A stretch of DNA of 63,832 bases, filler included, from Phoronis australis (taxonomy: Eukaryota > Animalia > Phoronida): NCBI GenBank assembly GCA_002633005.1. It is 11 parts of 11 records of this genome, joined end to end, with 100 filler letters (N's around TTAATTAATTAA, not from the genome) between each part and the next. Parts side by side here need not be neighbours in the genome. Positions count along the whole stretch, not along the records: positions 24,692 to 35,980 come from NMRA01001704.1; positions 36,081 to 39,964 come from NMRA01002792.1; 9 more parts are not named here. One strand, given 5' to 3'. Numbering within the stretch: the first letter of the stretch is position 1; the number at the start of each line of letters is the position of its first letter. This document shows, piece by piece, positions 26,007 to 39,043 of this stretch. Position numbers and translations under genes: made by a program. A model generated the notes under the pieces. It ran no database searches and was not told the origin of the DNA. It worked only from the letters and a program-made list of their open reading frames with translations.

Positions 26007-29000
26007 CGTCTTTGGCCGCATCTCATTCGCCTGCTTCCAATTGAATACCTATATGTACTATTTGGACCGCGCGAAATCGGACGGGCAACTTGGCCGTATT
26101 GTGGCAGGGGGGGAGGGGCTGAAGAAAAAAAATTGAAGTTCATAGATAAAATCGGGCATTTCCGAGAGTTCTTAGTCATAATGGCGTTTGCAATGCATGC
26201 AAAAAATTGTCACAAGACTTTTCAAAATTATTACTTTTGTAACAAAGCAAGTTGATACCAGGCTTGCAATTCCATTGTCACAGTCGGAACTCGAACACCA
26301 TGCACAGATATAAAACAAACGAAACACAATTCAGTCGCGCTACAAGGAACAGTTGCAGCCCTGGGCGTATTTCCCATTTATAGTTTCACCAAACCTTTTC
26401 GTTGTGCCGCGCTCCATAATTCTTTTCTTAGATAAAGCGCGATGCAAAGGATGAAACGCAAAATAGACATAAGAAAAAATTCAGTGGGCGTATCAGCATT
26501 CTAACAAGGTAACAGTTAAACGGTCAGTGATAGCGAATATCTTTGGGGTCGAGCCTAAGGGGTGTAATCGTTCACTGAACGTTTTGGCGGGATGAATTGA
26601 GACGTGTGTTATTTCGAATTTTTTGTTTGAAACACATTTCTTACCTTGTGCGAAAATCGCGGAACAAAAATCCGGTATTGATGACATTGTCCGAAATTCG
26701 TTAGAAACGTTTCTGGACCTTATACCATTTTATGTACCACGAAAAATCCCTATGGAAAATTATTATGGCTGACCCAAACTTGGCGGGTCGTCTGAAAATG
26801 ATGCGACTTTTATTAGTACATTTGCTAAGAAAAAAATCATTACATTTCTTGTTAAATGTGAAAAGTAAACTGATGAAGTGTAACTTTTTATAAGTGACTG
26901 TAATGTGTTTTGGAATATATTATCAAAAATAAAATCCTACAAAACCACCATTTTTGTTGTCATCTAAAGCCACTGTTGCCATTGTGTAACATTTAAAAAT
27001 CTGAGTCAACGAGAGTAAAACTACAATTTATGAATCTGACATTTGGTCCTACAAATAATATTCTCAATTATTTTTGGAGTATTTCATGATACTGGGCTTT
27101 GCAGGGTTCTGGTTCTCTATATAGGTACCCCTTACACTATGGGCCTCTAGGGGCAAATTCCAATTTAGCTGATGTTACATCCAAAATTCGGACGAAAGAC
27201 AACAAATTATATGTTGTCGAGTGCGAGAACTATTTTTTTTACATTTTTCGCAGTTGGGTCTTAACGAAATCCAATATGGCAGTCAGGCGCCATTTTCAAT
27301 ATGTAGATGTTATAACTGTCCTCAAAAATACACAGAAAAAGTCAGATTTGCATGAAATAACCAAGCCATACGTATAAGAATGCAAGCATTGTTTTACTGT
27401 TGAATGCTTATACAGCGCAATGCGAATAAAAGATACCAGTTGGAAACACTTACCAAATTTCGTACATAATACCCGGAAGAAGCAAAAAAAATGTTTAGCA
27501 AAACATGTACTTTACCGATTTTGTTTCGTAGTTGTATTCTTAGAAAATAACCAAGTATGACTGACTGAAAACATTGTGTATTATTTGTATTTCAAATTTC
27601 CTTCAAAATCTAAGCACGACAAACACTTCACTGCATGTTGCCATGTGTCAGGTGTCTGTCACTATGCAAATAGTACAATATGCCAGCAACATATGTATAT
27701 CTGCTTGGAGTGACGTCATAACAAAACTGAAAACCTAACGCAGGCAAAATAGCTAATGCGGTCACGTTAAAGAGTGCAGACAACAGTCAAAAGGCAATAC
27801 TGTCAAACGCAGACGACCCCGGGAAGGCGTCCTAGTACTACATAATTTGGCACTCAAAAACTTCAAAATCGTGGCAATAGAAATGACGCGGGTTGAACAC
27901 TTGGTTCCAAACGACGATATTGAACTGATAACGAAAGAAACTAAACCGGAATCAAAGAAACACAGGGTCAAAAGAAGTTATGAAACAGAACACGATTCAT
28001 TTAGTTTGAAAAAGGCCTAGATCAGATGATCAACACATAACACACCAGTGAAAGCAGCGAAAACATAAGAGAACCATATATACAAATTGGAGACGAAGTG
28101 TTGTTGGATGCAACAAAATATTCAGAAGGTGACGTATGCTTCCTACGATAGGATAGTGGTCTCAAAAATGTTGGGGCTAGATGGCTGCAGTGTCGCTTCA
28201 TCGTGACAGTTTTAGGAGCAAATACTATGAGTAAATGTCGAGAGATTGTTTCCGTTACAATCTTATTCCGGGAAGTGTGCATCCCAATATGATATGAAAA
28301 AGAACCGATTATTTTATAGGGTAGTAGCGGTAAATGAGACACTCGTACATAGTAATCCCCCCATTTGGCGAAGTGGGCAAAAATGTCCACCTCAGAAAAA
28401 CAAAAAGTCTAGGAAAACTAGACAATAGTCCACTAAAAGGGCTCCCATGGAAAGCAGTGTGAACTGATGGGACTACCCTCATTGTAAATATTACATTAAT
28501 AAATAAATAAAAAAGGCAGGAATCCGGCGAATGCACATTTCATAGCTCTGAACGTACCCAGTTTTTATTTTATTTTTCTTAGTAAAAGGTCCACATTCTC
28601 AAAAATTCGAGCCCCCCTGGTGGATTCTCTTGAACAACGGTTTCAAAACATGTCGTTCCCACCTCCAACACCGTTAAGTCCTAGGCGCCTTCGAGATTAA
28701 GATAATGGCAATAAATGAAAATCACGTGAAAAGTTCCAAGATGTTACAGATTAGTTTTTATGGTTAAGTTGTTGTTATAATCAACTTTTCTTTGAAAGAG
28801 TGTATGACAAATTAGAAGTCATAAGCTCGAAAACATAACAATCAATGATCTGTTCGAGATTCATGTTTTCCGCCTCTATAGCAGCCAGGTGCGGGCGATT
28901 TCAAAGAAGCCGATATGCTAGCGGGACCTATGTAGATGCCTGGGCAACTACGTTTTCGTAAACAAAAGGGTTTTTTACGCTATCAATTGACTCTTAGAGA

Positions 29001-32000
29001 TTTGCGAGTTATTCTTATGTTTACTTAGCCGACTATTCAAACGCAATAAAAGCTTTTTTGTGTGAACGACAAGTCCGATTGGTTAAATAAAATAATCAAC
29101 CTCTCGGGTGCTACGGGAAAAACCAGGCACCTGAAAGTAACTACTGCAATTAAACCACCAGTTGTTGTTGCTGTCGGCGCTGAAGAACATGTAGATACAA
29201 GTCGGGTGCTACTTGAGGTATTTTGGCAGCACAAAACACTGACAAGGTAAATTTGCTTTAGTGGAGTTCTCGTAAGGACAACGCAGGTTCCGGTCGATGA
29301 AGCATAATGGCCTAATATGCCTTTTGTGCGACTGCTCTATGTCTCATTGGAACTTTGTTTACCATTTGTGTCAAAAGTAACTGAGCGACCAAATGGTGGC
29401 GCACTTGACGTCACGTGCCTATTTATTTCTTAGAAAAGGCCGAGAGGAGTCTTTTTTCATCCGGGAGGAGGTTTATCTCGTTCTGGTCAACTTTTGGTCT
29501 GAAGCCTATTTAGTCAATGCCGCCAAACAAGTTGTAGGCGTGAGAGTCTGTCAGTAGAGGCATCGTAGTTAGCCAGCCAGTTAGCCATATGAAGACTATC
29601 AATGAAGACAGCTTTGCACCAAGACAAATAGAGGTATGTAGGCTACTCAGTACGATACTACAGGATGTTGAAAGAAGGTGCAAATACTTCGTTAGTGGGA
29701 AGGGTGAAGCATAGATATCACATATACCGGTTATCTCTTCCTGCTAATAGGTATAAGTCACTATAAGTGGACTCAGCTGCCGCTTAGGATTGCCTCCGTA
29801 AACACCCTAAGAGCATGTAGGAATATCACAATGTCAATAGTCCAACAGGAGAGCTAAAAATCGCGAACACCTAGCTACATACGTTCTTGGATGTCATTTC
29901 TGAAGGATTATATTCTTCCCGGTTTCAACTGCCGTGCATTTCATGCCAGCAATTTGTCATTTTTTACATTTCCTTGTAGGCCTATGAGCCACTCATCGAG
30001 TCTTGGGTACTACGCTGCGCACCTCGTGACCCCATCCAGCGAGCACTATGTTCAGTGTATAATTTTCACAACAACGTCATATCAGAGGGGTCATTAATCT
30101 GAATTGATATATCCGGGAAAGTGCGGAGAGAGTGGTAACGTGATGACTAGTCACACCAGCAAGAACGAGGGGGAAACTTCACTTTTATTAGGACGCCTAT
30201 CGCCTTTTCTGCAATGTCAATTCCACGTTTTAGAGTTTGCTCTCATATGCGTCTGTGGATATGAAAATCAGATGTAACGGGTGTGGGGCTGGAAATCTGA
30301 TGGTTTTTTAGCCATTGACCACAATTATTAGAGCTGCATGAAAAGCATCATGAAGCGCAGCTTACTGGGAGCAGTCGTCACTTCCGGATTGATGAGGTCT
30401 AATGCCACAGTTTGGACCTTTGTAGCTCCCTTAAAAACAAAGAAAATGGAGCGGGATCAGGTTTGACAGCAAGTTTGTGAACTACCATGGGAAGAGGGTT
30501 GCCACAAATGGTATTCATGCACATAGGCGATTGTCTGCTTTATAAACTTAATAGATGAATGCTACTTGAATGAGTGGTAAACTAAACTTTTAGCTGCTCA
30601 ACAACTTTTAATATCTACAGATCATAGACTATAGCTTATACAGCATCAATTTGATGAGCAGTCAATTGCGAACCCGGCAAATCTTGTATTTTTTCACTGT
30701 GTTTTCTAATCCAAGTAATCAGAGAGCCTTGGTTTACATCCCCATAAAAACACAGTTCAATGCCCATACATTCTAGTAATAGTTGGAAACATGAGTCCCT
30801 GATTTGAGAACCAGTTACTTCCACTGAACATCGCCCGTTATTAAGTGGTAGCAAATGGTTCTCAAACGAAATTTTAATCAGAAACCCACCTATTCGACTA
30901 TTTCCATATTTCCTTTCCATACCATTTCATTTCCTTTCCAAGGCATACGCTAATCTTACTCTATACCCTTTCAGGTAGCAATTGGAACTTCATGTTTATA
31001 CGCGAGGATGTAGAGTTGTGACTTCGTAAAGCTAAGCCATGATCGTACTGAAGTGTGGTTTTCTAGAGGACAACCACCACAGTGAGTGGTATTTCCATGT
31101 ATTCTTTAAATCTTCTTGCCAGCATTGCAAGGGAACTGAAATGCATGTACTTTTAAATGACCTTATTGTGGTGTTGTAAGAAAAAACGTTTTCTTATGCT
31201 TTAGCTGCAGGACCTTTAAAAAGTTTTTTTGTGTTTTCACCTTGTAATTTAATTTTGAGGTTTTCTACCTCATTCATAGATACATTTTTCAAATGTAAAA
31301 AGTTCTCACGTTTAAAGGTGCACGTCATATGTTTCATGTAATTTGCCAACGAAACTGGTGGAAAATGGCAGAATGTTTGTGTATAATGTGTCATTACTAG
31401 ATAAAAATATTGTCTCGGGTATTTTAAAGTTCGCATTTATACACTGTTGGTTAAATTAAATGGCAAATTCGATCGGCTGTGAGCTTTTTTAAAAAAGATT
31501 TCGCATCGCAACCTGGGGGTAGAATATGAAACTACACCTGGACCATTTTGATGTTTTTACTAAAACAAGTTATGGATTTAAGTTCAAGCTATTTCAAGTA
31601 AACAAGTATGAGAAAGGAGGTAATATTTGCTTTGCAAAAAGTATGATAAAGTAGAAATCGTGAAGCAAATATCAGGAAAAGCGAACCTCAATTATGGATT
31701 AGTTTGCCACGACTTTTACCGGAGCTGGTTACAGTCAGGTCCAAGGAAAGGTACCTATTCACCAAATTTTATCTTTGTCAAGTTCTGCCCGCTTGACCGA
31801 CACCAATTTCCTCCCCTCGCCTCCTACGACCCTTCGCGTTGAAGTAAAGTTGTTTACAATTAATAGTTAGTAACACTTTTGAAACAATTTGGGTAAATTG
31901 TGTGGAAATAGTAGTGTGAAACACAGAGTTGTGTTATTCCACGTTCACTGAGACACTAAAAAGGACAAACAGTGAATATTGATCAACATTTACCAGATTA

Positions 32001-33020
32001 TAGCTTTGCTTTAAACCCCTAAATTTTTTCATTTTTCGTGAATTACAGTGTTCTAATATTTCAGTCTTGTAGTATACAGTGGTGCAATGAAAATTACTTG
32101 TGAAGTTGATATTTGTAAAGTAAATGAAGTATTGTCACCTTTCAGGTTATAATCTTAAATGGTGTTTATACTAAATCTGACCAAAAACCAGACACCTGTG
32201 GTTACACTGCTCCCATACAAGTTAAAAATAGCCTTTGAGTTTCATTTTCATTAAAAATCTGAGCAAAATGAATTTTAACAAAAACCAGCTTTTTTAAACG
32301 TATTTTCTTATTATGCCATTTCAACATGGCATCATAATCTTTCCAACATAAACGGAATATGATTTTCACATTTTTGAATTTTTAGGCTATACTTGGCTGA
32401 TAAAATCCTCAACATTTTGATTTTTCCTCAATCCTAGAAACACTGCAAAAATAATCACATCATGCATGGAATTTCTTACTTTTTGCATCTTCATGAACAG
32501 ATTTAAGAGACAAAGATAACTTGAACTATACAATTTTAACAGCATATTTTGTTTATCTACCAAAGAATCCTTACTCTGGTACTGGCAGTAGATTATAACA
32601 TACGTCTACCTAGGGTACCAAAATGGGTTTATGATTGGTTGACGCGGTTGTTTATAGCGCCCTCTACTGCTCAGCATTTGTGTCAAATAAACTTTGTTTT
32701 TACTGGAAATGTGCAACTTAAAACGTGGAAACTTTTTAAATAATTAATAACAAATATATTATTTAGTGACTTAGTGAAATTGGAAGGCGAATTATTATGT
32801 TGTTGGGTGCTATTATATTGATATGTACTTTTTCCGTTTTATGACAGTCATTCATAAAACTGTTCGCCTGTAAATACCTCCTGCTTGCTGGATGCGGCCT
32901 AACAAACTAGTAAGTAGTTCCCCTATATTTGACTCAATATCCAAAAACTTTCTACTATGTTCAGGAAAATTCATTGAATGCTTTGTTGATGCTTCGTAAT
33001 TGTTTCCGTTTAGCCCCAGT

Positions 33021-33315
33021 ATGAACGAGCAAGATAGATGGAAGCTACAACATAATCATCAGATACTTATGTCTGACATACCAGATGAAGTTATTGACAA
33101 ACTGTACTCTAAAGGAACTATCTATCTAGAAGACCTCAACAGGATAACTGTTCAAAGTATAACAGAAGACAAGAACAAGGTCTTGTTACGAATACTACCA
33201 ACCAGAGGACCCAGTGCGTATTCACAGTTTCGGGAAATTCTTAGCCATTGCCGCAACTGCCAATACTTGGTTGAGCGGCTTGACACAACACCTCCAAAAG
33301 TTTGCAAGAATGCAG
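33021..33315 (+). CDS. CARD (death-fold) exon; first coding exon of a CARD-SAMD9-like gene
   Basis: MNEQDRWKLQHNHQILMSDIPDEVIDKLYSKGTI..EDKNKVLLRILPTRGPSAYSQFREIL..QYLVERL is a typical CARD pattern. The donor CAG|GTAATG at 33315 is phase 1. Confidence 0.85.
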
Positions 33316-34203
33316 GTAATGTGATTATGTCAACACTACCGGTAATTAAACACAGTGTCACGAACGTAATAAATTCTACTGCACCACATACCCATTACTT
33401 AGGATACCTAACCGGGTTTTGACTTATTAACAGATATTGAAAATGACTTTTCCATCCAGTTCTCAAAATGATGCTCAGTAATTACTGGACAACTTTGAAA
33501 GCTCCTTAAATGGGCAAACATGACCTACACTTTTAGCGAATTTCAAAACAAGTGTGGGAAATGGCCCCCACCAGGAGCCATAATATCCAATCTGTGACAT
33601 AAGTAGTATGCGTATTTAGTTGATTCCTGTTTTCATCGTTCAGTATCAACGCCACTGATGCATTAGCAAGTCGACAGAACGAGGATTGGTTAAAATCATC
33701 GAAACAGGCTTTGTTATCTTTTTAAAAAACTGGAACCCCTCAGCAAGTCCTTTGTTTTGACAACATGCATTGTCTGCTCTTGAGTGCCATGATCACTTCA
33801 CCGAGGCCAATGACAAAGTTTTTGTTAAATTCATCCATACTATTTTAGAATATGTCACTTTTTCCAACCCTTGCAAAGAAATGAGCAAAAAGAAAAATGA
33901 TTGATTGTGTTTGTGATTCAGCTTCCCCATTTTGCTCAAAAACATGAAAACGCAAAAGTGTACCATGTGAGGTTCGCGTTCATAAGGTATCATATTCCCA
34001 AGATGAGGGGCAATTGCTTTAGTAGACACCCCTTTCATTGTGATAGTTACTCCTTTCCAATCTCGGTGAGCATGTTATTCGGGCATTTTTTGACTTGTTG
34101 GCGTATCAGTTTTCATGAAATACCTGGTTACCTGAGACCTTGTGAATTCTCACTCCTAACAGTAAGGACTCACAATTATGTTGAGTGCTTTTGTCTGTTG
34201 TAG

Positions 34204-35980
34204 TTGATGCTCAAATGGATACCGACTGCAACTTTGCACTAAAAACTCCAAAACAAGTGCGGCAGTGGCTCGTGAAAGAATGTGGGTTCAATGAGGAGCA
34301 AGCTAGAGTATTTGAGACAGAGGAGATTGACGGAGAAGCTCTATGTGAATTGTTGACAGATGAAAACTATATTTCTGCCATTAAAACCTTTACTCCCAAC
34401 CTACCTGCAGGTAAAATAGTCAAATTAAGAAAAGCGTTTAACGCTTTAAACGTTGTGGTACACTTACCTCCAGGTGGAGCCCAAGATGCTCGCGAACTGC
34501 CCGAATGTGCTGACCGGCAGACTGGTGACAGCTCAAGGAGCAATTCAAACTATGTGCTAAACACTGTTCATTTTGCATTTAATCATTCAGGAGGCAACCT
34601 GTTGGCAGATTTTCACTATTACATTGCCATTAAAAACAGATTTACTGAAGGGGCAGTTTTGAAGGAAGTTGTATCAACTATAGCAGCTTGCCTAAACAGT
34701 TTTCAGAACGCCGTCATACATATGGGCATTGAAACCGATGGTATGATTAAAGGCGTGCGATTAGATGATCATGACGATGACGATGTGCAACATTTTCGAA
34801 TGCAAATTTTAAAGAGCTTTCCTGAAGACCAACGGCAAATGATAGACAAACAAATTTCCCAATTGCACTTTATCGAGGTCCACGATCAGACACAGAACGT
34901 GACTAAATTTAAAGTTGTTGAAATTAACATTTCACCACTACTACACAACCAAGAAGTATTTGTTTCCTCTGTCAATGACGGAAATTCCTCATTCTTTGTC
35001 CTAAAAGACGAAAAAGTGATAGGACTTGAAACTGATGCCCAGAAACAATTTTTGAAAGAAAGACCAGTATGGCGTAAAGCTAGGGAGGAAGCTTTAAAAG
35101 GAGGTGACAATAGACCCCCGTCATTTTATTCGGAAAAAGTCCAAAAACTGGTAGAGAAGATGACACTCGGTAACGGTTTTATCAACGATGGGATGTTTCC
35201 TATTCTTGTTGCGAATTCATTGCCCAAATCTATGTCGAAGGAGGCAATTCAAACTTGGTACTCATTCGTCGATACTGTTCAGTGGGCGTCAGTATTTGAC
35301 TTCGATAGCAGTGCAATCATTTGCCGTTATTTACAAGACAAAGGCGATCCAATTTCAGTGAAAAAAATTGAAGACATGAGTGAGGATGACGTGAAACTCC
35401 TGTCTCCTAATTTCACTCCTTGGTTATCTATGAACGGTTACGGAGAAGCAGGAATAGATGACCCGTTAAAGTATAGATTGCACCACAGAGAGCAACTCAG
35501 AAAGATAATCGACATCTTGAAAAAAGAAGTACCGCTCAGTCGCGCCATGATCGTATTTGCCTTATTTTCTGGTAACTACCAAATTATGCTTGAACTTTTT
35601 TCCGAGATAGTGACGTCATTTCCGAACCAGTGGTGTGTCGTTTGCGATGACGAAAAACTACTGAAGGCATGGGACCAGGAGATAATAAACCGAAAGTATG
35701 AAGATGGGAGTGTTTTAAAAGAAAATAGCGTTGTTGGAATACCCTGGCATCTTTTTTCGGAGCAGGTTAAACTAATAAATGAGCCTAAATTAAGCGTTCC
35801 ATGTAGAATTCCATCTTCATCTGGAGAGGTTGTCACCCTGACGGAAAAGAAAGACCTCACGTGCCTTGAAATAGTGGGCGTAGACGAATGTGAACAACAG
35901 CTGAAACAATTATCCAAGAGGAAAGACATTAGCTGCTTGAAAAAAGAAGAAGAAAGACGTTTTTTCAGAGGCGGGAAAGT
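34204..35980 (+). CDS. SAMD9L: SAMD9/SAMD9L-like protein (SAM, Schlafen-like AlbA_2, SIR2-like region); 3' end cut by the contig end
   Basis: Acceptor gttgtag|TT at 34204, phase 1. SAM domain: VRQWL..F.TEEIDGEAL..G.IVKL. SAMD9-family blocks: GNLL, KEV..IAACLNS..IHMGI, HFIEV..VVEINISP, PILVAN..WASVFDFD, IVFALFS, IPSSSG..LTCLEIV..ECE, EERRFFRGGK. The symbol marks the family, not proven orthology. Confidence 0.9.
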
Positions 35981-36189
35981 NNNNNNNNNNNNNNNNNNNN
36001 NNNNNNNNNNNNNNNNNNNNNNNNTTAATTAATTAANNNNNNNNNNNNNNNNNNNNNNNNNNNNNNNNNNNNNNNNNNNNGTAATCGAATAGAAATTGGA
36101 CGGAAAAAATGCCTGGAATTCCTTAGACAGACACACTGCTTCGTCGGCTGAAGCCAACCCGCATTGACCAGCGAATTTCACTGAACTTG

Positions 36190-36414
36190 GGGCCTGTTCT
36201 AAGAAACTGACTAATTTCATGTTTCACTTAAGTCTAAGATTGGTCTCGACCTCCAAACTCAAAAGCTTCCAAATCTGGTTAGTTAGCAAAACTAAAGACA
36301 AAATTAAAGTCAAAAACTCAAGTCCAACTTAAGATCATTTCATTGGAACGGCCTTAAGCTTCATCTTAAAATTGACTAAAATTTAGCCGAGTCAGTTTTC
36401 TTGGAACAGGCCAC
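36190..36414. mobile_element. MITE, PIF/Harbinger-like
   Basis: Inverted ends GGGCCTGTTCTAAGAAACTGACT and AGTCAGTTTTCTTGGAACAGGCCA. Confidence 0.7.
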
Positions 36415-37807
36415 TAGTCTCATACAAACGAATATATTGACAATTCTTTTCGAGCTTAGATATCATTCCTATTCTGAGCACGAACAAACATGAAGCCGAT
36501 TTTATACCAGTCGAAGTCGAAATTGATTGTTTTTTACACTAAAACGCGGCATTACTGCGTCTTCAAGTGATATAATGCTGGCTAAAACTGAGTTTCGTAT
36601 TCTTCTCTTTTTTCAATTATTTTAAACGACAACGGTAAGACAACAAGATGTCATAATCTCCAGCGAAAGTATTTCATGTGCACCGTTCACAGACATAATC
36701 TCGTTGTATTTTAAAGATACTCTTCCAGAGTCGTTTTATTTAAAAACTTCTTAAAACGGACTTTAATGTAAGTTAGTTCAGTCAAAACTCGAACCCAAAT
36801 TCAATACAACTTCAAATATTTTCAAACCTAACCAATTTTACATTTTATTTTTATTTTTGTGGTGCACCACTTCCTAAAATGGCCGCCGTTGTGAGTGACA
36901 GTTGATTCATGCTTTGTGTGTACTCACTCATTTGTCGCAATATGTAATGAGGTTTCAGCAGAAACCTTGGCCACTTTTTAACAAAAAATAAAAAAATAGT
37001 AAAATAAAGAAAACACAAAAAGGGCTTAAATTTACGAGATGTTTATATTTTAATGATATCTTTCGACTGACGAAACTCATCCTGTTGACGAATGTAAAGA
37101 AAACAGTATTTTTAACACGAAAATAGTCCGTAACAATAGTGCGTGCCAATTTAAGGTAAATGTCAACCTTTGTAGTTCCATTTTTCAAAAAATGAGACTA
37201 CTCTCTGCGAATAGACAGTAATAATAGTTAGTTCATGATTGGACATTCTGTCATCTAGGGCTCTGAAGATATGTACTTCTATGAAAACAGGCTGTTAAAA
37301 GCTTTGATGAGGTGCATGTAGGAGAGGACTCTCCGAACGTTGTCATTTTCTTTACACGTCGACGTGAACTACAGTGTATTGGTTAACTGCTCAGTTAACT
37401 TTCAGTCGCCACTGCCCGTTGTACAATACGTACGTTACTGACAATATACATATCGCAAAGCACACGAAGTTTTCGTCAAGACTAGTTATAGGAACATGTA
37501 ATTCCCCTACAGGTGAAACTATGCATAGCAACTCCCTTGCTCAATATAGCTCTAATTAGGATCACTTTTTATTTTGTCCATTGTCACAAAACGACTGGCA
37601 CGCGTTTGAAAACGTCCTTAGTGGCAAGATTAGTAACAAAATTGTGGAAAGACTTGTTTAAGAAGTGCCTTTCTGAAAATGCATGTGTATGACGGACGTT
37701 TATAATTGCTTATGCACACTATATGTAAAAACTGAGCAACTTCAAAAATGTTTTTCTTTTTGTTCATCATCATCTATGTTCATACATGAAATCAAATAGA
37801 TTTTGGA

Positions 37808-37945
37808 ATGCCGTGCATTTACCGACGGATAAAAGTCTGTATCACCCCCTTGACAAAGAGCGAGTCGCTCGATACGTGGGGATATTTTAATATATTTTAG
37901 TACCGACGCTTGTCGTTTTAGTTTTACTAGTTTTATTATTTTATT
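37808..37945 (+). mobile_element. Penelope-like terminal-repeat fragment with a minimal hammerhead-like motif
   Basis: CCCCCTTGACAAAGAGCGAGTCGCTCGATACGTGGGG; homologous to 1493-1617. Confidence 0.5.
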
Positions 37946-38345
37946 TCCTGATACACATACATTTGTTTTAGTGAGTTCATGTATCTGCGGTGTCGAATAA
38001 GATAAGACTATGATCGTTTGTAGCCAGTTATTGCAGCACAGGGACGAGTGTGCATGGAGATTAAGATCACTAGTTGCCGTGACGTGTTGCTTAGAACTAG
38101 AACTTACCTCCAGGGACCAGCAGATGAGTCTTTGCATTGATATTAGCAACTGAACAAATATATAACCAGTAATGAGTATCTCAATAACATGTCGTAACTG
38201 GTGTGGAAACAATGCTGCTTACATTCCGACATTCTACAGTTGAGTTTGTAGAACCATAGTATGCATATATAGCTTCAATTTGCGCCGGCGTATTCTTCAA
38301 TGAACCCCTGCCCCGCCCCTTCACAAGGTTATGTTAGTACACAAC

Positions 38346-38501
38346 CAGAGGCGGACTTAAGGGGGGCAAGGGGGCCATGACCCCCTTAAAATTCTTCCAT
38401 ATTACATTTGGCACTTTGGGGATGCGAATGTCTGACGGGCAAAATCCTGGTTAACACTCTGCCCTTGCCGGCCCAAACTCAAAATCCTGAATCCGCCCCT
38501 G
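38346..38501. mobile_element. Small MITE with 5-bp TSD ACAAC
   Basis: CAGAGGCGGA..ATCCGCCCCTG flanked by ACAAC at 38341-38345 and 38502-38506. Confidence 0.8.
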
Positions 38502-39043
38502 ACAACGCATGATTTCACCTTCTTTTAATTCTTAAGTAAACGTCAGAAACCAGTGAACTGAATGTCTGTTCATTTTATATCGGCAAAGTTGTCACTACCG
38601 TTGCGTCCTCAAGTCGATGACCGATTTCTTTGTTGAGAAAGCTGGAGAGCGGTGCAAGAAAATGACAATTATTTCATCAATAGACAGTTTCGGCTATACG
38701 ATGAATGTAAACGTGAACGTGTGAGGTCGTCATCGTTTGATTTCTACGTCACAATGTTGACCAACATTTTCGTACTTACGGTCTTGTCACACGGGTGGAA
38801 TCAACGCTAAGACCACAGATCTCACGTAAGTGCAAAACACGAGTTTTAATAACCGATTTATCGTAAAAGATCCTAATGTTTTAGAAAGTTTAGCTATCCA
38901 AGGGATGGTGTAGCTTAGTGCATGTGGCTAACTCGGTTAATTGTTTGAAAGGTGACCTTTGTTCTGAAGCCCTCATGGTTGTTCACACAAAAGCCATAAT
39001 ACTCGGGAGGTAACAGCAAGCCCTGCACCAGATGTTCCATGGC

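Noticed and set aside
27760-28240. Possible Gypsy integrase tail (IQIGDEVLL..RWL..VLG)
   Set aside because: Too degenerate; no integrase core or LTR was seen.
25408-28620. ~45-bp inverted similarity (GGGCTCGAATTT..GGACCTTTTACT) as TIRs of a 3.2-kb element
   Set aside because: The similarity does not extend to matching termini or a TSD. Two fragments of one repeat family is more likely.
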